Made by a program: the position numbers and the translations under genes. Below, in pieces: positions 7,920-16,632 of a stretch of 24,130 bases of DNA. The notes under the pieces were generated by a model, which searched no databases, was not told where the DNA came from, and saw nothing but the letters and a program-made list of their open reading frames with translations. Origin of the DNA: a virus (lineage: Duplodnaviria > Caudoviricetes); IMG/VR virus record IMGVR_UViG_3300044723_008815, positions 1 to 24,130 of that record; one strand, 5' to 3'. Every line of letters begins with the position of its first letter. Position 1 is the first letter of the stretch.

Positions 7920-8140
7920 TTCAATGAGTAGTTTTCTCTTCTTCACTTGACGTGGTATAGTAAGCACCATTGCTTCTAACTTTGTACCCCGCGAGTTAGT
8001 CATACTCAGGACTTTACAATTTGAGTCTTTCTAATGAGGGCGCTCTATCGTTTTCCACCATCATGGTGTTGATTTCCCACCTGCGTCTTAATTTTAGAGT
8101 CGTTTACAGGCTTAACCGCGTTATGTCGCTCGACTGTATG
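7920..8140 (-). ncRNA. Candidate structured RNA with two pseudoknot-like elements upstream of the tRNAs
   Basis: No credible ORF. Pairings AGUCG/CGACU with GCCUGU/GCAGGU, AGUC/GACU with UGAGUA/UACUCA, and hairpins CACCA/UGGUG, CUAACU/AGUUAG, AAGCA/UGCUU. Confidence 0.4.
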
Positions 8141-8142
8141 GA

Positions 8143-8195
8143 TTAGCAAAGACGCATCAACTGAGAGAGGAGCGAGACAGGAGCGTCTTTGCTAA
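8143..8195 (-). ncRNA. 13-bp hairpin with anti-Shine-Dalgarno loop
   Basis: TTAGCAAAGACGC-27nt-GCGTCTTTGCTAA. The minus-sense loop contains UCUCGCUCCUCUCU. Confidence 0.55.
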
Positions 8196-8199
8196 ACTT

Positions 8200-8451
8200 T
8201 TAGAGGTGTTCAACCTCAATTCCGAATTCCTTTTGACCTTCGTGTTTATCAGTAGCATGATTATAACCACTATTATAATATGTACAGATATTAATAACCT
8301 CGATACCAGCATTCTTATAATCTTCTCGCATTAGATTAAAATAGAATGATAGATCATCGCCAGACCAATCTGTAATAGGATGAGTGGTATATTTTGATCC
8401 AGCAATTTCAGAGGTTTCGGCACCCTCACCAAGCCTTACGATATTTGTCAT
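8200..8451 (-). CDS. Hypothetical protein (83 aa)
   Basis: GGAG RBS and TAATG coupling to the upstream ORF. Confidence 0.7.
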   Translation of the reverse strand: MTNIVRLGEGAETSEIAGSKYTTHPITDWSGDDLSFYFNLMREDYKNAGIEVINICTYYNSGYNHATDKHEGQKEFGIEVEHL

Positions 8452-8801
8452 TACGCACTCTCCAGAATACCACTACGTTCATTCTCCAACCGAATTACTT
8501 TACAAGCAGCTTCAAGCTCAGCTTCAAGCTCCTCATCAGTCCATTCAGTGAGATTCATGCTACGAGCGTAGCCTTTGCTATAAGCATCAGCTACAGCATA
8601 GTAGACACTCTCCTCGAGTTCAATGCGCTTGTACTCTTGAAGAGTACCAGTAGGCACACGCTCAGACCAATATTCGGTCTGAGATGGGTGTGGCATCATA
8701 CCCATGAAACAACCAGGCTGCTTACTGTACTCTTCAGCTTCTCTACGCTGGTCCATGATAAAATCATGAAGGGCACCTGACATAATATAAACTTTTTCCA
8801 T
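8451..8801 (-). CDS. Hypothetical protein (~116 aa; start revised from 8822), early
   Basis: ATG at 8801 follows AAAAGAGGAG and an early promoter. Confidence 0.75.
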   Translation of the reverse strand: MEKVYIMSGALHDFIMDQRREAEEYSKQPGCFMGMMPHPSQTEYWSERVPTGTLQEYKRIELEESVYYAVADAYSKGYARSMNLTEWTDEELEAELEAACKVIRLENERSGILESA

Positions 8802-8808
8802 AATGAAA

Positions 8809-8880
8809 CTCCTCTTTTCCATTTGATAGATATATTATACACTATTTTTCCGTGAATGTACACAGTTATTTTGCATTTTT
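8809..8880 (-). promoter_or_regulatory. Early promoter + RBS module
   Basis: TGTACA-17nt-(GTG)TATAAT with AAAATGCA upstream, RBS GGAAAAGAGGAG. Confidence 0.75.
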
Positions 8881-8885
8881 TTCAA

Positions 8886-9302
8886 TTATTTTTGAAATTT
8901 TAGTTGATACTCTTTTCCTTCATGTACGAATGATACGATGGAATGTGAGTAGACTGTAGCAACTTCTTCGTTGTATCGTGTTTCAACATTGCATACACGG
9001 CGTGTCCCACCAGTAGCATTACTGTTAGCATGACCAAGCATACCACCAATGACCGCGCCAATTGCACCACCATCTTCTTCACCTTTAATATTATTACCAA
9101 GAGCACCACCGATAATAGCACCAATCAATGCATCACCAGTCTTATCACCAGATACTTGCTGGTCATAACAGACCTCTACCTGATATGGTGTTTTATTAAT
9201 AACCTGTTTGGTTACATCAACAACAGTTTCAGCATTAGTAGGGCTTGCCGTCACCATCAACGCCGCTGACAACAATAGGGGGACATTCACATTTTTTAAC
9301 AT
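8886..9302 (-). CDS. Glycine-zipper 2TM (YcfJ-like) exported protein
   Basis: Signal-like N-terminus, then C...GALIGAIIGGALGNNI....GGAIGAVIGGMLG...C glycine zipper flanked by two Cys. Confidence 0.8.
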   Translation of the reverse strand: MLKNVNVPLLLSAALMVTASPTNAETVVDVTKQVINKTPYQVEVCYDQQVSGDKTGDALIGAIIGGALGNNIKGEEDGGAIGAVIGGMLGHANSNATGGTRRVCNVETRYNEEVATVYSHSIVSFVHEGKEYQLKFQK

Positions 9303-9450
9303 TATTTAACTCCTCGATCCTTTTGTATGAGTTTTGTAGTTGTTCCTGTAATTCTTTTACATTATTTTTAAGAATATCAATCATTCCATCCTTCTCTAGG
9401 ATTTCTCGTCGATATAATTCAAGTTCTGATTCTTCGTGATTTCCACTCAT
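9235..9450 (-). CDS. Hypothetical coiled-coil protein
   Basis: Heptad-like LKNNVKELQEQLQNSYKRIEEL. Fills the gap between neighbours. Confidence 0.55.
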   Translation of the reverse strand: MSGNHEESELELYRREILEKDGMIDILKNNVKELQEQLQNSYKRIEELNNVKKCECPPIVVSGVDGDGKPY

Positions 9451-9811
9451 TGAGTAGTTCCTCCTGTACTCGATATGCTTCTATCTCCCAAGGGAGATTG
9501 AGATATTCATCTCTTGTTTTATAGAAATTACATTCACTGTATAATTCTTTTCTTACATATTGTTTTACATGAACCATTTCATGAAAGATTGTTGTAAGGA
9601 AGTTATCTGTAAGACTGAGTTTCTTATTGATTTCGATATGATAATCTCTTATACCAAAATCGAAACATGTACCGTCATAGCCCTTCAAGTTTTTCAATTC
9701 AATATTGACTACACACTTACGAATACGCGGCATTAGCTTCATCCAAGCAAACGATGCTGCTTCAAAAGTAAGTTCACGTTGTCTACGACTACCACCATCT
9801 ACAAAAATCAT
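9419..9811 (-). CDS. Zinc metallopeptidase-like protein (HExxH)
   Basis: TIFHEMVHVKQY and LPWEIEAY motifs. First gene after an early promoter. Confidence 0.75.
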   Translation of the reverse strand: MIFVDGGSRRQRELTFEAASFAWMKLMPRIRKCVVNIELKNLKGYDGTCFDFGIRDYHIEINKKLSLTDNFLTTIFHEMVHVKQYVRKELYSECNFYKTRDEYLNLPWEIEAYRVQEELLNEWKSRRIRT

Positions 9812-9830
9812 TCACCTCTCCATTCTGATT

Positions 9831-9860
9831 ATTATACCACAGTTTTTTAGAAAAGTAAAC
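9831..9860 (-). promoter_or_regulatory. Early promoter
   Basis: GTTTACT-17nt-(TGTGG)TATAAT. Confidence 0.8.
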
Positions 9861-10552
9861 TACATAATGCCATCAGCTGGTGGTACCCATGTCTCTTTCA
9901 TTTTCTTTTCTGGCTTTTTGATTTCATCACGAATCCCATATTTTTCAATAACTACATTGTCACCAATTTTAAATTTTAGATTATCATGAAAATGATGCAT
10001 GATAAACTCACATTTTTGATTTGAACCTGTACCATCAAAGTCACGGAACATATTCATCCAAAGTGGACGCCAGTTATTTGACAATCTATTATTGTTCATG
10101 TTGCCACGATCTGAATTAATATACAGATCTGTACAAGATCTTAAGTTAAAATCAAAGATAGAATCAAATCCGTACATGTGAATACGTTCTGCTTTTAAAT
10201 GCTCAGCCGCAAAGTACACAGCCATATGACCACAATTAAAATCAGTATAATTAGCTGCATATTTTGGCAACTTCGTGTAGAACATTTTAATCTGACGAGT
10301 TCTTTCCATAAAGAACTTTGGATTTGTATCCATGTATTTCTTAGGCCTTGCACCTAAGATCCATTCACCCGGTACATCGATTTCACCAGCATTTATAGTA
10401 CGCATCATCTTAAAGTCTACCATACATGTAGCATACGCACCTTCAACAGGAAATGGTGGTAGATTGCATGTAAGCTTTAAACCTTTACGCGGTGCTTCAT
10501 GATAAAACAATGCGGCATCACCATTACCGACAATATGCACTGTCCTAGCCAT
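9860..10552 (-). CDS. Putative glycosyltransferase-like protein (sialyltransferase/Maf-like Rossmann fold)
   Basis: VHIVGNG N-terminal motif, TCN, NCGHMAVYFA, IHMYGFD. Last gene of the glyco operon. Confidence 0.45.
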   Translation of the reverse strand: MARTVHIVGNGDAALFYHEAPRKGLKLTCNLPPFPVEGAYATCMVDFKMMRTINAGEIDVPGEWILGARPKKYMDTNPKFFMERTRQIKMFYTKLPKYAANYTDFNCGHMAVYFAAEHLKAERIHMYGFDSIFDFNLRSCTDLYINSDRGNMNNNRLSNNWRPLWMNMFRDFDGTGSNQKCEFIMHHFHDNLKFKIGDNVVIEKYGIRDEIKKPEKKMKETWVPPADGIM

Positions 10553-11225
10553 TCATTAACTCCTTCACTTTAATCATATCACGTATCTTTTGATTACCTT
10601 TTTCACCAGTCCAATGCATAATCTTTTTGTTTGGACTATCTTCATTATCATTTTCGATTTGAAGTCTTAACCAATTGTATATATTGGGAAGCTCATTAAT
10701 ATGAATCATACGAGTAATAGGATTCAACATATTATGCAATACTTCTTGATCTCCAACCTGAGGATTATTCTGCACGGCCTGCATCCATTGCAATAACACT
10801 TCAGGTTTACCAGTTCTACCAACTACACCAGAATTATACCATTCTTCTTTTCTTCGTTTTAACCAAGGTCTATCAATAGCCATGCATAATTTATTTGGTT
10901 GAATGTAATTAAACATTCTCTCAATATTACCTAGAACCTGGCAATCAGTATCAATCCAAAATACACTTTTTCCTGGTGCTTGATACATTGCCATTGGTTT
11001 ATAGAACCACCCTTTTGGAAACTTATGAGCATCATGTAAATGCATAATACAGAATACACCAAAAGTTTTTGAAACCCAGTTCTTCATAGGTTCTGACATT
11101 CCAAAATCGCCAACGGCAACTGGAATAGAATTATGCTTAAAGTAATTTTCGAAAAACCATGGGAGTTGCCATTCAGTTTTTTCATCACAACCCGTCACAA
11201 TTAATTTATCTGGCATCTTAGGCAT
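10545..11225 (-). CDS. GT-A glycosyltransferase (GT8-like)
   Basis: WFYKP, WIDTDCQV (DxD), YNSGVV, GDQEVLH, YNWLR, IMHWTGEKG. Confidence 0.8.
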   Translation of the reverse strand: MPKMPDKLIVTGCDEKTEWQLPWFFENYFKHNSIPVAVGDFGMSEPMKNWVSKTFGVFCIMHLHDAHKFPKGWFYKPMAMYQAPGKSVFWIDTDCQVLGNIERMFNYIQPNKLCMAIDRPWLKRRKEEWYNSGVVGRTGKPEVLLQWMQAVQNNPQVGDQEVLHNMLNPITRMIHINELPNIYNWLRLQIENDNEDSPNKKIMHWTGEKGNQKIRDMIKVKELMNG

Positions 11226-11868
11226 TGATAATCTCGTAGTCTCCTCTAGAGAAATTATGTTTTGCTAAACATCCGTTTGTTTTTTGTATTGTAGTAAATC
11301 TATCAGCGGCCATGCATACCCATGGATAGTATTCCTGTAACCATGGAAAGTTTTGTAAATTGAGAAATACATCGGTTGGTGCGGCATGTGATATTGCTTT
11401 ATCCATTAGAAGCTGCGCACCCTCTGGTGATACTGCATAACCATGAGCTCCACCAAAATACGGTTTCTGTGTAAGAGGTTGTGTACCTAGAACAGTAGGA
11501 GTTTCATATTTACCATATGAAGGCTTTGAAAATGTAATGCATTTATCAAATGTAATATTAGGAATAGGTGCCATAATGATTGCATCATGTTCAAAAATAA
11601 TGACAGCTTCATTAGTTTGTACAGACCATTCCCATAAAGAATAATGAGACATAAACGCAGCTTTACAATTTGCTAAACGAGAAAATTCTTCATGAAATGC
11701 ACCAGTAGCAATACCGCGTTCTTTCATCATAGCATTAGGATTATCTTTTGGAGTAATAGCCCTGAACTGTTTTACTTTCAACCCATGCTTTTCTGCAGTT
11801 TCAATTGTCTTATTCGAAGACTTAATTGATTTATGATTTTCCATTAATGTAATTACAAATGCTTGCAT
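11218..11868 (-). CDS. Glycosyltransferase family 25
   Basis: AFVITL, FRAI, AAFMSHYSLW, IIFEHDA, GAHGYAVSPEGA..L, PTD. Confidence 0.8.
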   Translation of the reverse strand: MQAFVITLMENHKSIKSSNKTIETAEKHGLKVKQFRAITPKDNPNAMMKERGIATGAFHEEFSRLANCKAAFMSHYSLWEWSVQTNEAVIIFEHDAIIMAPIPNITFDKCITFSKPSYGKYETPTVLGTQPLTQKPYFGGAHGYAVSPEGAQLLMDKAISHAAPTDVFLNLQNFPWLQEYYPWVCMAADRFTTIQKTNGCLAKHNFSRGDYEIINA

Positions 11869-12563
11869 TATTTCACCGTTGTTGAAGGTAACCCTTGTAC
11901 TTGTGTATAATATTTTTTAGTTACACCCATGTTAGGTACAAGTTGTTTACACATGATAGCATCATTTGGCCAACACCCATATTCTTTCACAGCTTGTAAA
12001 ACATTCTTTGCACCATTAGGTTTAATTATATATGCTGAGTTTCCAGCCAATCCTTGTGGAACATTAAACTCATCAACTGTAGGTACAGGTAAGATATCTG
12101 TAGTTGATTTATGTACTATATCATGAAATACATGAGCTCTACGTGTAGCGGATGCCGGACTATTGATACCGATAATATCAAATTTGCTTTCAATAATTTT
12201 TTCATAATCTAATTTTTCAACAAACATAGCATCATGTTCTAGAACGAGTATTGGTTCATTTATTTTGTTACATTTATTCCATAGTAACCAATGACTTAAA
12301 AAGCAGGCTATACGATTATCCGGATTTGCTGTTTGATATGCTGATTTCACTAATCCACTTTTTATATCATTCTCTTGTCCGGACCAGGGGTAATTCCATT
12401 TTAGTCCATTGCCACCCATAACAGACTTCACCATCGAAGGTACAACGGCATTAAAGACTTCTATCTTAAAGCCATTGCCGTTTACTTTCGAAGAATGTAT
12501 TAACCCTTCGGTACCTTTTTCTGATATAGCATTACCTGCTATTGTGATGGCATATGCTTTCAT
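11868..12563 (-). CDS. Glycosyltransferase family 25
   Basis: AYAITI, FNAV, IACFLSHWLLW, LVLEHDA, GNSAYIIKPNGA..., PND. Confidence 0.82.
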   Translation of the reverse strand: MKAYAITIAGNAISEKGTEGLIHSSKVNGNGFKIEVFNAVVPSMVKSVMGGNGLKWNYPWSGQENDIKSGLVKSAYQTANPDNRIACFLSHWLLWNKCNKINEPILVLEHDAMFVEKLDYEKIIESKFDIIGINSPASATRRAHVFHDIVHKSTTDILPVPTVDEFNVPQGLAGNSAYIIKPNGAKNVLQAVKEYGCWPNDAIMCKQLVPNMGVTKKYYTQVQGLPSTTVK

Positions 12564-13120
12564 CCTTTAGTACCTTCAACACACAAGGTTTCATATTCAC
12601 GAATACCATTAAATTCTTCGATACCATCAAAAACTTCATGTTCGCTATGCCCATATTCTACTTTCTTTACATTCGTAAATCCAGCTTTTTCCATTTGAAT
12701 AATCAACATACGAGCTGTAGGTACCCACACATGGCCTTGCTCATTCAGTGTACGACTCACCACACGTTGCGCACTTGGAATAGCATTATTTAAAATCTTC
12801 TTACTATACTCAACTACAAATGGATGATGATCATCTGTAAGTGCAGTAAAGAAATCACGGTTAGGACATGTAATACGAGCTACTCCACCAGGTTTCAAAG
12901 TGCGATATGCTTCTTGTAAAGCAAATAAACCTTTTTTCTCCGGAATATGTTCAATCATATGTTCACTTAACATAGCTTCAAATGTGTTATCTTCATATGG
13001 CCATGCTGTAGTAGCATCCATAAAAGTGATAGGATAATTTACACGCTGATGCTTCTGTGTATTATCTACATTAAGCCAACCATCACGGCATTCCCAACCG
13101 CAACCAACATTAATTTTCAT
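12560..13120 (-). CDS. Class I SAM-dependent methyltransferase (Methyltransf_11-like)
   Basis: KINVGCG, GWLNVD, WPYEDNTF, SEHMIEH, YRTLKPGG.RI.CP. Confidence 0.85.
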   Translation of the reverse strand: MKINVGCGWECRDGWLNVDNTQKHQRVNYPITFMDATTAWPYEDNTFEAMLSEHMIEHIPEKKGLFALQEAYRTLKPGGVARITCPNRDFFTALTDDHHPFVVEYSKKILNNAIPSAQRVVSRTLNEQGHVWVPTARMLIIQMEKAGFTNVKKVEYGHSEHEVFDGIEEFNGIREYETLCVEGTKG

Positions 13121-13706
13121 TCTTCTTCTCCACTTTGATGATATAACTTTCCGGTTGATTTTTAGCCGTGTTGTCGTAGTGAGTAACTTTATATGGTGAA
13201 ATTTCTTTTAAGAAGTTATTATATAAAGTCATATTAAAATCTTGTGGACGTGATTTTGTCCATTCATGTTCAAACTTCATTTTATCGAGTGGCCAAACAT
13301 CTTCGATAAAATACATACCGGTTTCTTTCAATCGAGGAAACGCATAGCGAAATGTCATTGTATTCGAAAATGGTGTATGTCTACCATCATCAATAATAAT
13401 ATCAAACTCTACATCTGGCCAGTAATCAGGTTTTTTAGTTGAATCACCACGCATCCATGTTACACGTTTATGATTTAGAATTGGTACATCTTTTGGGTCA
13501 AGTCTTTCAAAAATATCAATTCCATAGATATGAGCATTTGGAAAGTACTTTGTAAACGCTGCAGTTGATGCGCCTTTAAAAATACCAATTTCTAAAATAT
13601 TAATCTTTTCATTGCGAATTGGCTCGAAGTTTGGTTCATAGATTTCATGATAACTATGGCGTTCAGCTTTATCACAACTAAATTTATTAAATAATTCTTT
13701 AAGCAT
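13110..13706 (-). CDS. SAM-dependent (sugar O-)methyltransferase-like (start revised from 13751)
   Basis: CDK..HSY..IY, ILEIGIFKGAS, YFPNAHIYGID, FDIIIDDGRH, LK..G.YFIEDV. GAGG RBS before 13706. Confidence 0.8.
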   Translation of the reverse strand: MLKELFNKFSCDKAERHSYHEIYEPNFEPIRNEKINILEIGIFKGASTAAFTKYFPNAHIYGIDIFERLDPKDVPILNHKRVTWMRGDSTKKPDYWPDVEFDIIIDDGRHTPFSNTMTFRYAFPRLKETGMYFIEDVWPLDKMKFEHEWTKSRPQDFNMTLYNNFLKEISPYKVTHYDNTAKNQPESYIIKVEKKNEN

Positions 13707-14406
13707 AGAGTTCCTCAATGTATTTTTTCTTACCACCTGTATAATGTACAAAGTTCATTTCTTTTGGTGCCATACCTTCATGAAAACGAAACTTAGGAAA
13801 ACAATTCCATTTCAGTGCCAGTTCAGTATAATCTAAATATTTTACTACCTGACTTGTAATAAACGGTTGATCGAGTTTTAGTTGTGACATGTCACATCCA
13901 TCATACCAATCTTTCCACCAACCGAATCTTTTACGAGCTTTCATCCGACCTTCTCTTGACCATAACATTACACCACTATTAAACATTAGGTACGGTGCAC
14001 GTGCTGATGCTGGTCTTTTTACTGGAGCACCGATTCGAAAACATTGTTTACGAAATTCCATTTCTACATTGGGTAACATATGAAATGGATCTGCATTCAT
14101 TCCAACCGGCTTATATTCTGGTATCATACCAATATCTTCAATGAGCTCATCAAATATATTTTCTTCCATGTTTTCTGGTATTACATCCACATCAACATAT
14201 AATATATTATTATAATCCATAAAGCGCTCATTGTAAACAATATTTAAGTTCTCGAAGTAAGGAACTTCTGGACAAAATTCCATTTCATCATAGAACAAAT
14301 AGTCTGCTTTTACTTTGTCGGCATAAATCTTAAATTTATTTTTACTGATCTCCGCCCATTTTGGTAATGGCTTTTGATCATAGTATTGTACAATTAAGTT
14401 TCTCAT
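13699..14406 (-). CDS. GT-A glycosyltransferase (GT8/GT34-like)
   Basis: MRNLIVQYY, YVDVDVIP, FNSGVMLW, LDQPFI, KWNCFP, FVHYTG. Confidence 0.78.
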   Translation of the reverse strand: MRNLIVQYYDQKPLPKWAEISKNKFKIYADKVKADYLFYDEMEFCPEVPYFENLNIVYNERFMDYNNILYVDVDVIPENMEENIFDELIEDIGMIPEYKPVGMNADPFHMLPNVEMEFRKQCFRIGAPVKRPASARAPYLMFNSGVMLWSREGRMKARKRFGWWKDWYDGCDMSQLKLDQPFITSQVVKYLDYTELALKWNCFPKFRFHEGMAPKEMNFVHYTGGKKKYIEELYA

Positions 14407-15071
14407 CTAAATACATGGCTAATAGGATTAGCCCAACCGTGCATACATCTATGACCACTGGCTGACATTACCTGGTACCATCCCCATTCTGCTGCGATTA
14501 ATTTCTTTTCTCTATGTAATTTATACACATACTCAGGATCAAATGCATCACGAGAATGTATGATCAATTGATCGAATAAAAAATGTTGTGTATATGGATT
14601 ATCGATTTCTTCACTGATTCTAGAAATATTTTGACTTGGTGTACCAAATCCAATTGCATTCTTGTCATTATGAGCACACACAACAAATGGTTCAAAATTT
14701 GCTTCTGGATATGTGTAAGTATCCCACCTCGATCTTACATACACATCATAATCTGGATATGTTTCAACCATATAAGCATGAGCTAAGATTTGTTTTGTCT
14801 GGTGACTTGTTCTTTCAACTTCATGTGGATTAGCCATAAACCTTGGAATCTTTTCTGCTAATCTTTCTGATAAAATCAGTTCTTTTGGTATGTCACCATA
14901 CGGATGATAATGCATTACAGGTTCATCAAAAAACAAGGCTGCTGCTTCTGTTTCTACACCTTTCCATGTAGAAACAAAAAAGTCAGCATTCGGAAAATTC
15001 AATCTCAGTTGATCAATACATTTATTATAGTCACCGCGTATCTGACCGGATACACATACTGCTACTTTCAT
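14403..15071 (-). CDS. Glycan-cluster hypothetical protein (MKVAVCVSGQ.R family)
   Basis: MKVAVCVSGQIR, FVSTW, YDVYVRSRWD, LFDQ. This pattern is common in polysaccharide gene clusters; function unknown. Confidence 0.55.
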   Translation of the reverse strand: MKVAVCVSGQIRGDYNKCIDQLRLNFPNADFFVSTWKGVETEAAALFFDEPVMHYHPYGDIPKELILSERLAEKIPRFMANPHEVERTSHQTKQILAHAYMVETYPDYDVYVRSRWDTYTYPEANFEPFVVCAHNDKNAIGFGTPSQNISRISEEIDNPYTQHFLFDQLIIHSRDAFDPEYVYKLHREKKLIAAEWGWYQVMSASGHRCMHGWANPISHVFR

Positions 15072-15826
15072 TTGAACATCCTTGGTATTTGAAAGCGGTG
15101 ATCACCAACATAATGAGCAAAATAACACGGTGTATCTTCCTTACCAGTTGGAAATCTATTCCACACTCTATCCATTTCTAAAATCTTAAAATCATATTTA
15201 GTAACCATAGCATTAATATATGGTTGATCCAAACAGTGTGAACTGTGACCAGCTGTAGTCCAACGGGAATCAAGTAATGCATTCTTATGATGAAACCATT
15301 TTTCATGATCATCAAATAATTCGCGTGCTTTAAGTCTTGCTTCTCTTGACCACACCATCACACCGCTATTCATCATACGAATACCAGGATGTTGTGTAGA
15401 CTTAACTAGCCTAGAACCAAAATCATTAAAACGATCACGTAAAGATTTTGTTTCATTCCAATTGATATTGACTATAAAGTCATACATCCTCTGCTCTGGC
15501 CAACCAGCAAAATCATGTTCACCAAGAATATTGAAAATGTTTTCTTCCATATCTTTTGGAATTACATCGACATCACAATATAGTAACTTATCATATTGAT
15601 CAAAGATAGGATCTTTCCAAAGTCTTGTAACTTCAAAGAAGTTTGATTTCGAATTGACAAAACGATCTTCCATAAAATGATAATCTGCACCATGCTTTTC
15701 AGCATATTGCTTAAACTTATCAACAGAAACCTGAGCCCATTCAGGTACACCACCATTTGTATAATGATGTCCTTGCTTGCCAACACCGTTAAAATCTAGG
15801 TAATATTGAAAGACTACGTTCTTCAT
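15068..15826 (-). CDS. GT-A glycosyltransferase (GT8/GT34-like; start revised from 15850)
   Basis: MKNVVFQYY, YCDVDVIP, MNSGVMVW, LDQPYIN, WNRFP, FAHYVG. ATGA overlap. Confidence 0.78.
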   Translation of the reverse strand: MKNVVFQYYLDFNGVGKQGHHYTNGGVPEWAQVSVDKFKQYAEKHGADYHFMEDRFVNSKSNFFEVTRLWKDPIFDQYDKLLYCDVDVIPKDMEENIFNILGEHDFAGWPEQRMYDFIVNINWNETKSLRDRFNDFGSRLVKSTQHPGIRMMNSGVMVWSREARLKARELFDDHEKWFHHKNALLDSRWTTAGHSSHCLDQPYINAMVTKYDFKILEMDRVWNRFPTGKEDTPCYFAHYVGDHRFQIPRMFK

Positions 15827-16632
15827 CTGTTTACGTGTAACCTCATCCACACTCTATTCATTGCACCTTCATGAATTGGTTCTTTAATCCACATTGGGGA
15901 TGCTTCCTTAAAAAATAACTCAAACCTCTTTGGATCTTGCATAGCTTGAGTTTCTAAAAAGCTACCTTGATCTGTGACCACTGTATTATCTATTTCAACT
16001 AATTTCCAATCTGTTTGTAGTAACAGATAAAACACATAGATGATGTAATCAAATGTTGTATACAGTAGTCTATCCATCGTGCGACTGTAATCAATATATT
16101 CTAAAAACGGTAGAAAATATTTTCTTTCGTATATAGGAATATCATTAAACCAGAAGTATAATGTGAATCCTTTAGTAATTTCTTCTAATTTTTCTACATC
16201 TTGTGGACTAAAAAATCGCTGTGCACAATCGCGCCCTACTTTATTGATTATACTATGATTTGTAGATGGACTAGCATAGATTTTCTTGCGGTTAACATTA
16301 TATCTTGCCATAACATCTAGATCTTTATATGCACAAGGTAAACTATCAATATCAACTACAAAAACATTATCTACTTCCGTGTTATCAAAAATATGTCTTA
16401 CACCGAATATTTTTTTCTGCGATATTGGTTTCTTACTTACATCTAATTTTTCAGTACATATAATAGGATTGTAGAAATCAAGAGCACGAAAGTTATCAAC
16501 TTCTGACTGATCAGAAAAACATAGATGTAATTTATTTCTACTAGTACCGAAGAATCTACTAAATTCCTTTACAAAGGTTGTTCCTAAATCAAGATCTCTT
16601 TGGTATAGTGGAGCTAATACTGCTGTTCTCAT
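15823..16632 (-). CDS. Putative glycosyltransferase-like protein
   Basis: KKIFGV, FVVDIDS (DxD), YFWFNDIPIY. Located within the operon. Confidence 0.45.
   Translation of the reverse strand: MRTAVLAPLYQRDLDLGTTFVKEFSRFFGTSRNKLHLCFSDQSEVDNFRALDFYNPIICTEKLDVSKKPISQKKIFGVRHIFDNTEVDNVFVVDIDSLPCAYKDLDVMARYNVNRKKIYASPSTNHSIINKVGRDCAQRFFSPQDVEKLEEITKGFTLYFWFNDIPIYERKYFLPFLEYIDYSRTMDRLLYTTFDYIIYVFYLLLQTDWKLVEIDNTVVTDQGSFLETQAMQDPKRFELFFKEASPMWIKEPIHEGAMNRVWMRLHVNR

Noticed and set aside
7714-7950. 78-aa + strand ORF
   Set aside because: It is the antisense reading of the two tRNA genes.
8014-8064. Short minus-strand peptide MMVENDRAPSLERLKL*, superficially like a tmRNA tag
   Set aside because: No C-terminal Ala-Ala-type degron, and no tRNA-Ala-like acceptor/T arm around it, so tmRNA is not supported.
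8508-8532. Short tandem repeat AGCTTCAAGCTC x2 (and GTGGATCAG x2 near 352-369)
   Set aside because: These encode ELEAELEA and a GSGGSG linker, ordinary low-complexity coding repeats.
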